A stretch of DNA of 40,000 bases, taken from Lentibacillus songyuanensis (GTDB lineage: Bacteria > Bacillota > Bacilli > Bacillales > Amphibacillaceae). The position numbers and the translations under genes are program-made. Location: the NCBI RefSeq assembly GCF_039548255.1, contig NZ_JBCLVH010000012.1, forward strand, positions 76,354-116,353. The letters are read 5' to 3'. Shown one piece after another: positions 1-10,425 of the stretch. Every line of letters starts with the position of its first letter. Positions within the stretch are counted from its first letter, which is position 1. The notes under the pieces were generated by a model. That model was not told the origin of the DNA. It ran no database searches and saw nothing but the letters and a program-made list of their open reading frames with translations.

Positions 1-2
1 TA

Positions 3-149
3 GGAAAGCATATGGGATTGTCTAGGACTAATATTTATGGAATTAAAGAAAGTATCGTCCATCAAATTTTACACTTTGAACACTTTGAACATATTTTACA
101 CAATGAACACATTGAACAAAGATTGCCAAATCAAAAATGCACAGTGTAG
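3..149 (+). CDS. 3' end of a probable late-gene regulator (sigma-like/HTH protein), 5'-truncated by the window edge
   Basis: Frame 3 is open from the window edge to TAG at 147-149. Translation: GKHMGLSRTNIYGIKESIVHQILHFEHFEHILHNEHIEQRLPNQKCTV. MGLSRTNIYGIKESIV looks like an HTH/region-4 helix. The position just upstream of the packaging genes matches xpf/ArpU-type regulators. A terminator follows. Confidence 0.4.
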   Translation, partial: GKHMGLSRTNIYGIKESIVHQILHFEHFEHILHNEHIEQRLPNQKCTV

Positions 150-207
150 AATGTAAGGCAGGACGGCGAGGAAAAATTCCCCATCATAATACTTAGTAAA
201 TTTACCG

Positions 208-232
208 CACTCACTTGCGTGAGTGTTTTTTT
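208..232 (+). terminator. Rho-independent terminator
   Basis: Stem cactcac (208-214) / gtgagtg (219-225), loop ttgc, then a T7 run at 226-232. Confidence 0.75.
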
Positions 233-260
233 ATGCGCAAATATAAATGAGGAGGTGACA

Positions 261-1550
261 ATGTTGGAAATGGATATCAGGTCAATATCAATCAATAAAA
301 TAAATCCCGCACCATATAACCCGAGGATTGATTTACGTCCGGGAGACGAGGAATACGAAAAATTAAAGCGTTCCCTAGATGAGTTCGGTTACGTCGAGCC
401 GTTAGTTTGGAACGAGCAAACCGGTAACCTCGTGGGCGGCCATCAGCGTTTCAAAATATTGATGGAGCAAAACCCCACGGAAGTAGACGTATCCGTTGTC
501 GACCTAAGCCTCACGAAAGAAAAGGCGTTAAACATTGCGCTTAATAAAATTAGTGGCCAGTGGGATGATGAAAAACTCGCAACATTACTACAAGAGCTGA
601 CTGATACCGATATAGGAATGGAAATCACAGGGTTTGATTCTGGTGATCTTGATGAGCTGCTCGACAATTTGCCGCCGGACACAGGCATTGATGATCCTGT
701 CGAAGAGGATGACTTTGATGTTGATGCTGCAGTTGAAAACATAAAAGAACCAGAAACAGAATATGATGACGTCTGGAAGTTAGGTAATCACCTTCTTGTT
801 TGCGGTGACGCTACAAAAAGAGAGGATATTGACAAGCTAATGCAAGATGATAAAGCTGATTTAGTTGTCACGGATCCACCATATAATGTTGCTGTAACAA
901 GTGAATCAAAAGAATTGGGCGGTTCAGGACGTGATTCTATTATGAATGATGACATGTCTGACCATGAATTTGATGACTTTTTGCTCGGTGTTTTTAAGAG
1001 TTATTCACATCTGATGAAAGACAATGCGGCAATTTACATATTTCATGGTTCCTCATATCAAAGGGAATTTGAAAACGCCATGAATAAGCACGGAATCGTT
1101 ACAAGGTCACAATGTATATGGGTGAAAAATTACCCCTCATTCGGTTGGAGTCAATATCGTTGGCAACATGAACCGATATTTTACGCTTTTAAAAAAGGTC
1201 ATTCTCCAAGTTGGTACGGAGATAGAAAACAATCCACCGTGTGGAAAGCTGGCTTGCTTGAAGATGTTCCAGAGCCAGCAACAGTTTGGGAAATAAGCAG
1301 AGGAAATGTGAACGGATATGTTCATCCCACCCAAAAGCCATTGGAGTTAATTGCTATTCCTGTAAAAAATAGCAGTGTAAAGAAAGACATTGTTGTTGAT
1401 TTATTTGGAGGTAGCGGTTCAACTTTAATGACATGTGATCAGACAGAAAGAGAATGCAGAACAATGGAGCTTGACCCTGTTTTCTGTGATGTTATTAAAC
1501 AAAGGTACTTTGAGTCTACTGGCATAGAACCTGTACTTGTTAATAAATAA
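261..1550 (+). CDS. ParB-like nuclease domain fused to a beta-class N6-adenine/N4-cytosine DNA methyltransferase (orphan phage methylase)
   Basis: ATG at 261 lies 6 nt after GGAGGTG; the ORF-track start at 219 sits inside the terminator hairpin. The N-terminus has a ParB/Srx-like VGGHQRF motif. The methylase has motif IV VVTDPPYN before motif I DLFGGSGST (order IV then I). Confidence 0.85.
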   Translation: MLEMDIRSISINKINPAPYNPRIDLRPGDEEYEKLKRSLDEFGYVEPLVWNEQTGNLVGGHQRFKILMEQNPTEVDVSVVDLSLTKEKALNIALNKISGQWDDEKLATLLQELTDTDIGMEITGFDSGDLDELLDNLPPDTGIDDPVEEDDFDVDAAVENIKEPETEYDDVWKLGNHLLVCGDATKREDIDKLMQDDKADLVVTDPPYNVAVTSESKELGGSGRDSIMNDDMSDHEFDDFLLGVFKSYSHLMKDNAAIYIFHGSSYQREFENAMNKHGIVTRSQCIWVKNYPSFGWSQYRWQHEPIFYAFKKGHSPSWYGDRKQSTVWKAGLLEDVPEPATVWEISRGNVNGYVHPTQKPLELIAIPVKNSSVKKDIVVDLFGGSGSTLMTCDQTERECRTMELDPVFCDVIKQRYFESTGIEPVLVNK

Positions 1551-1584
1551 GAGGTTGAGTTGCCTATAAAGGGGTGCAATCTAA

Positions 1585-1815
1585 ATGAAGGCAAGTGATA
1601 CAAACAAACGTTCTAATGATGATTTGATACTGGAACATGAAGCCAAAACAGTTAGTGGGCTATTAGAATCAAAAGAGAAGTACAGAAAAATAGTTAACGC
1701 GGGCATAACTCGCTGGGTAAAGGATTTCCAAGATGGTCGAATCGAGGTGAACACTGTTGATGATTTGAAAAAGTTAATTGAAATTGACTTGGCGCTGCAA
1801 AAGCATGATTTCTGA
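1585..1815 (+). CDS. Small hypothetical phage protein (76 aa)
   Basis: ATG preceded by aaggggtg; fills the gap in the + strand operon; no recognisable motif. Confidence 0.5.
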   Translation: MKASDTNKRSNDDLILEHEAKTVSGLLESKEKYRKIVNAGITRWVKDFQDGRIEVNTVDDLKKLIEIDLALQKHDF

Positions 1816-1869
1816 AAACAACTCAACTCAAATGATTAATTAAAACTTGGAGGTGGCGGTGATGTAAAG

Positions 1870-2736
1870 ATGGCCAATTGGGATGACATTCGAGAGGAAT
1901 GGGAAAATAATAAAATCACGTTAAAGTCTTTAGCGAAAAAGCACGGTGTAAAATTAGGGACTTTAAAAAGCAGAAAAAGCCGTGAAAAATGGTCGCGGGA
2001 AAAAACTGAAAATAAGGGTGCAACCGATAAAGAAAAAGTTGCAACCAAAAATAAAAAGGATGCAACCTCGAAAAGAGGGGCGCCAAAGGGAAATAAGAAC
2101 GCTGTCGGTAATGAGGGCGGCGCTCCTAAAGGTAACAAGAATGGCGTGGGTAATAGCGGCGGGGCACCAAGAATGAATAGGAATGCGGTCACTACTGGCG
2201 AATACGAAACCATCATGTGGGACTATCTGGATGATGATGAGAAAGAGTTATTCGAATCTATTGAAACAGACCCTTTATACCAGATTGATATTAAAATAAG
2301 GGAATTGTCTTTGCGTGAACGTCGGATGATGAAACGGATCCGTGCGCTTGAAGATGGATTGACGGAAAAAGAGCGGCGCGTGTTGCAGGAATTAAAAGAT
2401 TCTAAAGACATTCATGTTATAGAAAATAAAGATGGCGTTGAAATGCATGTTCCTGTTCCTAAATCAGCACTTGTTATTACCCAAATAGAAGAAACGGAAT
2501 ACAGAAAGATTGATGATGTACTTAATTTGGAAGATGCTTTGACAAGAGTTACCAACCAGCTTGTGAAAGCTATTAAACAAAAACACGATATGGACAAGGC
2601 TTATAATAAACACCCACTTGAGCTTGAGTTGTTAGAAGCCAATATCGAAAAGATTAGGGCGGAAGCGGATAACTTAGAAGATGATACCGACGAACAACCA
2701 ATTGAAGTTGTCATCAAGAGAAAGGGTGACAACTGA
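1870..2736 (+). CDS. terS: Terminase small subunit
   Basis: N-terminal HTH-like [26 protein letters not shown]. Three [12 protein letters not shown]-type repeats typical of this terS family. The stop overlaps the terL start (ATGA-type at 2734-2738). Confidence 0.85.
   Translation: MANWDDIREEWENNKITLKSLAKKHGVKLGTLKSRKSREKWSREKTENKGATDKEKVATKNKKDATSKRGAPKGNKNAVGNEGGAPKGNKNGVGNSGGAPRMNRNAVTTGEYETIMWDYLDDDEKELFESIETDPLYQIDIKIRELSLRERRMMKRIRALEDGLTEKERRVLQELKDSKDIHVIENKDGVEMHVPVPKSALVITQIEETEYRKIDDVLNLEDALTRVTNQLVKAIKQKHDMDKAYNKHPLELELLEANIEKIRAEADNLEDDTDEQPIEVVIKRKGDN
2077..2196 (+). repeat. Three in-frame tandem repeats of about 36-42 bp encoding [12 protein letters not shown]-like units inside terS
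   Basis: [14 protein letters not shown] / [14 protein letters not shown] / [13 protein letters not shown] read directly from the translation. Confidence 0.8.
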
Positions 2737-4085
2737 TGGGCGCTGCTTTAGTGATTGAAAAAGAAGTCAATCCCCATTTTGATGATTTTCTATTTGATTG
2801 GAATGAGAAGTTCCAGCTGCTTGTTGGTGGATATGGTTCAAGTAAAAGTTATCATGTGGCTCTCAAGATAATCCTTAAATTGCTGGCAGAGAAGCGAACG
2901 GCTCTCGTTGTCCGTGAAGTCTATGAAACTCATAAAGACAGTACATTCTCTTTGTTTACAGAGATTATAGAGGATTTAGGGTTGCTTGACGATACGGGGC
3001 GCAGGAAGATTGCCAGAGGAAAGATAAGGCCAAAGGAAAGTCCATACGAATTACGGTTTTCCAATGGGTCTAAGGTTATTTTTAAGGGAATGGATAAGCC
3101 TGCAAAGTTAAAATCTATTCATAACGTGTCGCTAATCTGGCTGGAAGAGTGTTCCGAAATTAAGTATGAGGGATTTAAAGAGCTTATTGGCCGGTTAAGG
3201 CACCCGACGCTGGATTTATACATGATTCTATCAACAAACCCTGTTTCTCAGGAGAGCTGGACATATAGACACTTTTTTAAAGATGAATTGAACGAAACGT
3301 TTATATTAGATGATTATGAGTTGTATGAAAAGCGAACCATTGTGATTGGCGATACTTATTACCATCACTCTACTGCAGATGATAACTTGTTTTTGCCGGC
3401 AAGTTATATTGACCAGCTTGAGGACATGGAAAACTATGACCCAGACCTTTACCGTGTAGCTCGGAAAGGTCATTTTGGCGTGAGTGGCACAAGGGTTTTA
3501 CCTCAATTCACGGTAGAAGCTCACGGCACGGTCATGGAAGCGATAGAAAACATAAAGAAGCCCATCAAGCGTACTGGCATGGACTTTGGGTTTGTAACAT
3601 CTTACAACGCGGTTATCAGAATGGCAGTCGACCCCGAAAAGAAATACCTTTACATTTATTGGGAATATTACAAAAACAACATGACTGATGACCAAACGGA
3701 AGAGGATTTAAAAGAACATGATCTGCATAAAGAAAAGATTATTGCTGACTCTGCCGAACCGAAAACCATTCAATATTACAGACAACAAGGTTTTAGCATG
3801 TTTGGAGCTAAAAAATATCAAGGTTCACGGCTGCAAAACACCAAGAAGGTTAAGAGATTCCGAAAAATCATCTGTTCTGATGAATGCAAGAACACAATTC
3901 GCGAATTAAAAACACTCACTTATAAAAAAGATAAGCAGGGCAAGACAATATATGATGAATTCAATATCGACCCCCACACATTTGAAGCTATCTGGTATGG
4001 GTTGGATGGTTATGAAGTCGCTGATTTGAAAGAAGAGGCAAAAGGCAGACCGTCTACTAAAAGACCTGCGGGAAGGAGGAGATAA
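2736..4085 (+). CDS. terL: Terminase large subunit (PBSX XtmB-like)
   Basis: 449 aa; Walker A-like [14 protein letters not shown]; Walker B-like [10 protein letters not shown]; lies between terS and the portal gene. Confidence 0.9.
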   Translation: MGAALVIEKEVNPHFDDFLFDWNEKFQLLVGGYGSSKSYHVALKIILKLLAEKRTALVVREVYETHKDSTFSLFTEIIEDLGLLDDTGRRKIARGKIRPKESPYELRFSNGSKVIFKGMDKPAKLKSIHNVSLIWLEECSEIKYEGFKELIGRLRHPTLDLYMILSTNPVSQESWTYRHFFKDELNETFILDDYELYEKRTIVIGDTYYHHSTADDNLFLPASYIDQLEDMENYDPDLYRVARKGHFGVSGTRVLPQFTVEAHGTVMEAIENIKKPIKRTGMDFGFVTSYNAVIRMAVDPEKKYLYIYWEYYKNNMTDDQTEEDLKEHDLHKEKIIADSAEPKTIQYYRQQGFSMFGAKKYQGSRLQNTKKVKRFRKIICSDECKNTIRELKTLTYKKDKQGKTIYDEFNIDPHTFEAIWYGLDGYEVADLKEEAKGRPSTKRPAGRRR

Positions 4086-4088
4086 TCT

Positions 4089-5627
4089 ATGGCAGAACAA
4101 ACAGTCAGGGCAAGGGTGATAAAAGCTTCTGTGTCAGAGGAATCAAAACAGATATATGAAGATGATTTCGCAGGAGCTTATGGCGGCCAAGGTGAAATAA
4201 TCGAACCACCATATAACATGCAAGAATTAAAGTTGATGGGTGATTATTCTTCCATCTTGCAGCAATGTATTGATGCCTACAAGACAAATATCATTGAGTT
4301 TGGTATTGAGCCTGACTTTAAAATAGACATAAACTCAGAAGAAATAAAGGACGAACTCAAAGAATCGGCTCGAAACGAATGGAGAAGATTAGATGAGTTT
4401 ATCAGGTACCTTAATTTAGATGAGTCGCCAGAAGTCATTTTGGGGCATATTCTGGACGATAAAGAGAAAACAGGTAACGGATATATGGAAATCATCAGAA
4501 ACACGCTAGGACAGCCAGTTGGCATTGAATACGTGGACGCACAGCATATGCGTGTGTGTAAAAAAACAGATTACACGGATGTAAAATATACAATCCTTGA
4601 AAACGGCGAGAAAAAAGAGGAGACTCGCTCGAAGCAATTCAGGCGTTTTGTACAAAAGATTGACGGAAAGAAGGTCTACTTTAAAGAATACGGAGACCCA
4701 CGCATCATGAACATGTCGAACGGCAAGTTTGACGAGAATACACCGGATAACCTTAGGGCAAATGAAATCGTCCATTTCAAGATTGGCAGCGGCACTTATG
4801 GGAAACCGCGTTGGATAGGTACATTGATCAGCCTATACGGTGCAAGGAAGGCCGAGGAACTCAATCTTATGTACTTCAAAAACGGACGACACATTCCAGC
4901 TGCGGTAACAGTTTCTAACGGCAAGCTTGATGATGATTCTTATGAGAAACTGCAGGAATACATGAATGATTTAGAGGGTACAGATGGCGCTCATAAGTTC
5001 TTACTGCTTGAAGCAATGGGAGCTGCAGAGGAAACGGCCGTTCATGGTGAAGAAAAGCTGGTTCCTGCCAAGGTGGAAATCAAATCACTTGCAGAAATAT
5101 TGCAGCAAGACGCCTTGTTTCTTGAATATGACGAAAATACAAGGAAAAAAATACGTTCGGCATTCCGTTTGCCGCCACTTTATACGGGAGAAGCGCAGGA
5201 ATTTAGCCGGGCAACAGCTGATACAGCTCGAAAAGTGACAGAGGAACAAGTATTCCAGCCCGAAAGAAAGGGATTGGCTAGGGTGTTAAACACTTTATTT
5301 TTGGAGCCATTAGGGTTTAGTTATGTGAAATTAGCTGTAAAAGGTGCTGATTTCCATGATCCAGTTGAAATTTCAAAGGTTTTAGACCCATTTATCCAAG
5401 CTGGTGCTGTTGCTCCAAACGATTTGCGGCCATTATTAGAAAAAGTTCTTGGTGCAAAGCTAGACCCGTTCCCTGATGAATACAATGTTCCACTGCAAGT
5501 GCTCATGCGTGAAGCGAATGACCCTTTGTCGGGCTTATTAAACATCCAAAAGTCAGGTAACGACCGAACTGAACTTGTCAATCTATTAAAAGATATGAGG
5601 GATGTTCTCGAGGGGATTCAGTCATGA
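4089..5627 (+). CDS. Portal protein (PBSX XkdE-like)
   Basis: 512 aa immediately after terL; size, position and sequence character fit the PBSX-family portal. Confidence 0.85.
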   Translation: MAEQTVRARVIKASVSEESKQIYEDDFAGAYGGQGEIIEPPYNMQELKLMGDYSSILQQCIDAYKTNIIEFGIEPDFKIDINSEEIKDELKESARNEWRRLDEFIRYLNLDESPEVILGHILDDKEKTGNGYMEIIRNTLGQPVGIEYVDAQHMRVCKKTDYTDVKYTILENGEKKEETRSKQFRRFVQKIDGKKVYFKEYGDPRIMNMSNGKFDENTPDNLRANEIVHFKIGSGTYGKPRWIGTLISLYGARKAEELNLMYFKNGRHIPAAVTVSNGKLDDDSYEKLQEYMNDLEGTDGAHKFLLLEAMGAAEETAVHGEEKLVPAKVEIKSLAEILQQDALFLEYDENTRKKIRSAFRLPPLYTGEAQEFSRATADTARKVTEEQVFQPERKGLARVLNTLFLEPLGFSYVKLAVKGADFHDPVEISKVLDPFIQAGAVAPNDLRPLLEKVLGAKLDPFPDEYNVPLQVLMREANDPLSGLLNIQKSGNDRTELVNLLKDMRDVLEGIQS

Positions 5628-6526
5628 CAAAAATTGAAAGTTTATTAAAGAGTTTGAATGCTTTCATAGAAAAAGAGGATGATGACATTGCGGATCTTGT
5701 CACTGATTTCCCAGGACTTGAAAAAATACAGGACTTGGTGGAAGAGTACGAGAAAATAGTGGCTAGATTGCTAAGGGAGCAGCGCAAATGGTATTTAGAT
5801 GCGTTCGATACATTTGTATCAAAAAGCGATTCAATTACGTTAGAGGCATTCCTGCTTTATTTGAAAGGTGATTTGTTCGCTGCGGATGATTTCGTGGATG
5901 AATTTGGTGACGAAACAGCAAGTTTTTTACAAATGACCACAGAGGAACTGGCGAAAGTGATGATGGAATCGATTGATCCCGACGTCATATTCGAGGTTCT
6001 TTCCGAGAAAACCACCAATTGGATTAAAAACTGGTCAACTGATCTGGCGGATATTATGGAGCTAACCACGCATGAAGCGCTCGAAAAAGAGTTATTGGAC
6101 GCCATTTCGGATGGTGATTCTATTGCAGATGTTGAATTAAGAATGAAAGATATGCCGCAATTTGACAGGAATAGGGCTAGGACAACAGCCAGAACGGAAA
6201 TTCTTACAGCTTCCAGTCGTGCTCACTGGGAATCTTTCATGCAAAGCCCTTCTGTTGTCATGAAAAAATGGAAGCATAGCGGCACTAAGAACATTGATGC
6301 AAGGGAAACTCATATCGCAATGGATGGAGTAGAAATACCGGTTAATGATTATTTCCAAGTTGATGGTGAAGAGGGGTTATTTCCTAGAGACCCATCATTC
6401 AGTCCTAAAAACAGAGTTAACTGTGGGTGTGTATTAGGGCCAGTTGTCGACGAGGATATTTTAAGGTTGAGTAAAGAAGAAAAAGAAGCTATGAGACAAG
6501 AAGCTTTGGACGAATTAGCTAGTTAG
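5624..6526 (+). CDS. Head morphogenesis / minor capsid protein (SPP1 gp7 / Mu F-like)
   Basis: Overlaps the portal stop. Conserved NRARTTARTEILTASSRAHWESF segment typical of the Mu F/gp7 family. Confidence 0.8.
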   Translation: MTKIESLLKSLNAFIEKEDDDIADLVTDFPGLEKIQDLVEEYEKIVARLLREQRKWYLDAFDTFVSKSDSITLEAFLLYLKGDLFAADDFVDEFGDETASFLQMTTEELAKVMMESIDPDVIFEVLSEKTTNWIKNWSTDLADIMELTTHEALEKELLDAISDGDSIADVELRMKDMPQFDRNRARTTARTEILTASSRAHWESFMQSPSVVMKKWKHSGTKNIDARETHIAMDGVEIPVNDYFQVDGEEGLFPRDPSFSPKNRVNCGCVLGPVVDEDILRLSKEEKEAMRQEALDELAS

Positions 6527-6536
6527 GAGGGTTAAC

Positions 6537-6695
6537 GTGAATAAGGAAAAAATAAGAGATTGGGCGATTCATGCATTAGAAAATCTTGACCTAAATGAAG
6601 TTGAAAAGATAGGGATGTCCGAAGATGAGTATGCAGATGGCGCTCCTTACTTAGAAATATCGATTGAATACAAACTGAAAGGGGGTGAACAGTAA
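6537..6695 (+). CDS. Small hypothetical protein (52 aa, GTG start), below the ORF-track size cutoff
   Basis: Strong RBS TAGGAGGG 6 nt upstream of the GTG. Its TAA (6693-6695) abuts the next ATG (6696). Translation: VNKEKIRDWAIHALENLDLNEVEKIGMSEDEYADGAPYLEISIEYKLKGGEQ. Confidence 0.55.
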   Translation: MNKEKIRDWAIHALENLDLNEVEKIGMSEDEYADGAPYLEISIEYKLKGGEQ

Positions 6696-7826
6696 ATGCC
6701 ACGCGAATTAATTAACGCAAATATCACCCACGTTTCATACGTAGACAAAGGCGCTAACCAGAAACAGTTTTTCTTCACGAAGTCAGATAAACAACCCGAC
6801 TTCAAGAAAGAGGTTAAGGTCTTTATCGATAAAGAAGATGAGGAGCAGCAACTTGTCTATGGGGTTGTGTATGAACCTGATGTTGAGGACTCTCATGGTG
6901 ATGTTATGACTGCTGCTGAGATTGAAAAGGCGGCACACGGATTTGTCAAAGATGCCCGCAATATTGATAAGCAGCATGACTTTGAATCTGGCGTCGGTGA
7001 AGTGGTCGAGTCATACATTGCCCCTGCTGATTTCGACATTGGAGAGCATTCCATTGCTAAAGGTTCATGGGTTTTGGTTACTAAGGCCAGTGATGAAGTC
7101 TGGGAAGACATTAAAAAAGGTGAAATAACAGGTTATTCAATGGCTGGCACGGCTGAAACGGTTGAAAAACAGAATAAAAACAATGGTAAAAAGCCTACTT
7201 CCAAGTCTGATGAAGGAAATGACGAGGAAATGAAGGGCTTTTTTGATTTGTTGAAAAGCTTTTTCACGAAGGGTGAAGTCCGTGATCGTTATGAAGATAA
7301 CCAAAAACGTCGCAATATATGGGCTGTGTGGGACGGAATGGAAGATACGTTCTATGACTCCATTTGGGATAATCGAACCCCAGAGGTAGTAGATTTTGAA
7401 CGATTGGAGGCAGGTGTACAAGACTTCCTCGACATTGTGCAAGAAATTAAAACGTCTGGTGATGTCCAGAAGGCACTTGAAGGCAAGCCAGAAACTTTAA
7501 GAAAGGGTGATACCGAAATGAAAAAAGAAGATATTGAAAAGCTGCTTGATGACAAATTGGATCCCATTAACAAGCGGTTAGATGAATTTGAAAAAGAGGA
7601 TTCGGAGGGCAGTTCCGAGGGAGAAGGAGAAGGCGACCAAGGTCAATCCGACGAACTGATGGAGCAGTTCTCAAAGGCTCTGGATGAAAAATTAAGCCCA
7701 ATCAACAGTCGCTTGGACACTATTGAAAAGGCAAGGGGTATTTCTAAGCAAGTTGATCATGATGAATCGGGCGAGGGTTCCGGTGAAGAGGAAGTTCAGA
7801 AAGGTTACATGCGCCATTTCGGCTAA
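6696..7826 (+). CDS. XkdF-like prohead protease/scaffold protein
   Basis: The N-terminus ITHVSYVDKGANQKQFFFTKS matches the XkdF-family signature. The acidic coiled C-terminal half is scaffold-like. Lies just upstream of the capsid gene. Confidence 0.8.
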   Translation: MPRELINANITHVSYVDKGANQKQFFFTKSDKQPDFKKEVKVFIDKEDEEQQLVYGVVYEPDVEDSHGDVMTAAEIEKAAHGFVKDARNIDKQHDFESGVGEVVESYIAPADFDIGEHSIAKGSWVLVTKASDEVWEDIKKGEITGYSMAGTAETVEKQNKNNGKKPTSKSDEGNDEEMKGFFDLLKSFFTKGEVRDRYEDNQKRRNIWAVWDGMEDTFYDSIWDNRTPEVVDFERLEAGVQDFLDIVQEIKTSGDVQKALEGKPETLRKGDTEMKKEDIEKLLDDKLDPINKRLDEFEKEDSEGSSEGEGEGDQGQSDELMEQFSKALDEKLSPINSRLDTIEKARGISKQVDHDESGEGSGEEEVQKGYMRHFG

Positions 7827-7853
7827 GGCAAAATATAAGGAGGAGAATTGAAC

Positions 7854-8792
7854 ATGCCTATGAAAACAAATAAGCAAATTATTAACAAAGAAGCGGCCAT
7901 TGCTTCAATCAAGAAAAATCTTGATATTCCAATGGCTGTGAAGGATGCGGAGGCATTCCTAGTAGATACAATCAATAACGCTACTACACTCCCGTCCTTG
8001 TCACCAATTTATCGTGATGTACCTGCAGGGAATATTGACGCACTGAGTGTTGGGCGCCGTAAACTACGTCAAGCAGGAAAGAATGACGAACCAACAGGTA
8101 CTGGCTCTATTGATAATCGTCAAATCCCTTACAACGTTCGTAAAGTTCGTTGGGATGAGTGGTTACAAAATGATGATGTATTCTATTCCCAGACTGCACG
8201 TGGAGATAACGCGGAACAAAAGGTTGTCGATATGATTCAGAAGCAGTTTGCGGTTGATTTGCAAGACCTAATCTTTAATGGCGACACAGACGCAACAGGA
8301 GATGACGCGGATTTTCTTGGTATTCTTAATGGTTTTGTTAAAAAGATGAAAGAATCCAAAAACAAGACTGATTTAGCTGACCAAGAATTGAAAATCACGG
8401 ACTTCGTGAACCATATTCAGGTATTGCCAGAACGGTTCAAGAGCCATACGGACATTTCATGGTTCTTTACTCAAGCCACTAATGACCGACTTGTTTCGCT
8501 TGTATCTGAACGTAAAACAGGGTTTGGCGACGCAGTTCTGCAAGATGGTAAAATCACTCGCATAGCTGGATATCCAGTGGAAATTGTAGCTGAAATGCAA
8601 GGCGGCTTTGCTGCATTAACACCAAAGTCCAACCTTAAGCCAGTGTTTACCCGTCAATTACGATACATTCGTACTGCTGATGGTGCAACTGCTGCGGCCA
8701 AGGACGCAACATACCATGTACTTTACGCTTATTTAGATGCAATTGTACGTGAAATCGACGCTGTTGCATGGATGACTGGCGATAATCTATAA
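7854..8792 (+). CDS. Major capsid protein (XkdG-like)
   Basis: ATG at 7854 lies about 8 nt after AGGAGGAG (the ORF track starts at TTG 7848). About 312 aa, after the protease/scaffold gene. Confidence 0.75.
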   Translation: MPMKTNKQIINKEAAIASIKKNLDIPMAVKDAEAFLVDTINNATTLPSLSPIYRDVPAGNIDALSVGRRKLRQAGKNDEPTGTGSIDNRQIPYNVRKVRWDEWLQNDDVFYSQTARGDNAEQKVVDMIQKQFAVDLQDLIFNGDTDATGDDADFLGILNGFVKKMKESKNKTDLADQELKITDFVNHIQVLPERFKSHTDISWFFTQATNDRLVSLVSERKTGFGDAVLQDGKITRIAGYPVEIVAEMQGGFAALTPKSNLKPVFTRQLRYIRTADGATAAAKDATYHVLYAYLDAIVREIDAVAWMTGDNL

Positions 8793-8809
8793 GAAAGGAG
8801 GTACTTTCT

Positions 8810-9172
8810 GTGGGAAAAGTACAGTATAAAGCTGATAAAGGCGTTCTACACATTGGTGGCGGACGCTTTTTTCATGCCAAAACACCCAAAGAGGTGGAAA
8901 ACAAAGCGGATTTGCTCTCGAAATTCGTTGATTTAGAAGATGCGGGCGGAGATGAGCAGACAAACAATCCGGAAAACGGCGGGGGTCAAGGCTCTGAAAA
9001 TAACGAAAACCCGGATAAACATACCGAATCCTCTCTGAAAAAGCTTAATGCAGATGAGCAGAAAGCATTGATTGAGGAATTAGGTGGCAATGTTGAGGAA
9101 ACAAGTAATCAAGATGACCGAATTGCTTTAATCCTACAGCTGCAGGAAGATGGTCAAGAAGAGGGCGAGTGA
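8810..9172 (+). CDS. Acidic low-complexity head-associated protein with a HeH/Rho_N-like motif
   Basis: GTG start after AAGGAGG. SLKKLNADEQKALIEELGG resembles the HeH (SAP/Rho-N) motif seen in phage head proteins. Confidence 0.55.
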   Translation: MGKVQYKADKGVLHIGGGRFFHAKTPKEVENKADLLSKFVDLEDAGGDEQTNNPENGGGQGSENNENPDKHTESSLKKLNADEQKALIEELGGNVEETSNQDDRIALILQLQEDGQEEGE

Positions 9173-9177
9173 TATAA

Positions 9178-9558
9178 ATGTCAATTACCCCCAAGGATTT
9201 AAAATCGTATTCCGTTTTTGAAGATGTGCTAGAAAGAAAAGACGATCTACTCGAAATGGACATTTTAGAAGCGGAAACTTATATCGACAGCAAGTTAAAA
9301 AAACCAATCGAAAAACATGATCCATTACCCGAAAAATTAAAGCTGGCGCTATTGAAAGTGGCACAGTTTTTCGCGCTTATCAACAGCGACGAGTCTATGG
9401 CCAAGGGCTATAAGTCAGAGAAAATAGGCGATTACTCTTATACGCTGCAGGACGGTTCAAAAATGACCATGCCTGATATATCGGGATTGATTAGCGGTTA
9501 TATCGAAAATGATGAACAGAAAACCGACGGTGTGTTCCTAAGGGTTCGGTCGCTATGA
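9178..9558 (+). CDS. Head-tail connector protein (YqbG/gp6-like)
   Basis: 126 aa in the position equivalent to PBSX/skin connector genes. Confidence 0.6.
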   Translation: MSITPKDLKSYSVFEDVLERKDDLLEMDILEAETYIDSKLKKPIEKHDPLPEKLKLALLKVAQFFALINSDESMAKGYKSEKIGDYSYTLQDGSKMTMPDISGLISGYIENDEQKTDGVFLRVRSL

Positions 9559-9911
9559 GTTACAAAAAACTACTGACTGACCGTTGTGACATTTATCATT
9601 TACAAGCGGAGGATACAGAAAATCCGACATTCGGTGTGCCAGTCGAAGATATGCAGCGGAATCATTACTTTCCAGATGCCCCAGACCATAAAGACGTGCA
9701 TAGTTATTTTGTCGAGAACAATCAAACGGTTGTTCAAGCAGAACCTAATCAGGTCATCACAGAGGTTTATGATGTTCACTTTCTAAAGTCAACGGATATT
9801 CGGCTTGGTGATAAAGTCGTTTGGGGTGGGATTGTTTATAAAGCCCGAAAGCCAAGACTTATTAAAAATCACCATATCGAAGTGGTTGTTTATAGGAGTG
9901 AAAACATATGA
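9555..9911 (+). CDS. Head-tail adaptor (XkdH/YqbH-like)
   Basis: 118 aa; ATGA overlap with the upstream gene; synteny. Confidence 0.6.
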   Translation: MSYKKLLTDRCDIYHLQAEDTENPTFGVPVEDMQRNHYFPDAPDHKDVHSYFVENNQTVVQAEPNQVITEVYDVHFLKSTDIRLGDKVVWGGIVYKARKPRLIKNHHIEVVVYRSENI

Positions 9912-10414
9912 AATTCGAAATTGATGGCCTAGATGACTTCATTAATGCATTGGACAGTGCTGCTGGAGGCGGATTGGCTAAGAAATTTGGAGAGTGGCTT
10001 GAAGCTATGGGTATGGAGTTCCTTGACTTGGTACAGGACGAAATCATTAGAACGAAAACGGTGGACACCAGAAGGCTATTAAATTCCTTTGGTAAAGGCG
10101 ACAGCGAAAACATGTGGTCTATTTCAAATGGCGGCATGACACTCGATATTGGAACTAACGTACATTATGCTTCATACGTCAATGACGGACATTTCACGAT
10201 TGACCCAAGCAAGGGACTGGATAGGCGTTGGGTTCCGGGTCATTGGGAAGGCGATCGCTTTAAATACGTTCCCGGTTCTGATACCGGAATGTTATTGAAA
10301 TTCACGTGGGTAGATGGAACAGGGTATTGGGATACTGCGTTGGCTATATTCGACAAGTTATTCGAAAAAGGACTTGATCGCTTGCTGCAAGAATGGATTG
10401 ACGCTGAATTTTAG
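9908..10414 (+). CDS. HK97 gp10-family tail completion protein (XkdI-like)
   Basis: VHYASYVNDGH motif typical of the HK97 gp10 family; synteny. Confidence 0.7.
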   Translation: MKFEIDGLDDFINALDSAAGGGLAKKFGEWLEAMGMEFLDLVQDEIIRTKTVDTRRLLNSFGKGDSENMWSISNGGMTLDIGTNVHYASYVNDGHFTIDPSKGLDRRWVPGHWEGDRFKYVPGSDTGMLLKFTWVDGTGYWDTALAIFDKLFEKGLDRLLQEWIDAEF

Positions 10415-10425
10415 GAGGTGGTTAG

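Noticed and set aside
72-117. Four copies of a CACWWTGAA 9-mer that look like iterons or regulator binding sites
   Set aside because: They lie inside the open frame of the truncated upstream gene and encode its His/Glu-rich tail (HFEHFEHILHNEHIE). A cis-acting role is not excluded but is not needed to explain them.
219-260. N-terminal extension of the methylase ORF (ORF-track start at 219)
   Set aside because: The GTG at 219 lies inside the terminator hairpin and has no RBS. The ATG at 261 has a strong GGAGGTG RBS.
1836-2216. 126-aa - strand ORF opposite terS
   Set aside because: It is the antisense reading of the GAPKGNKN repeat region, giving a repetitive Leu/Pro/Phe artefact.
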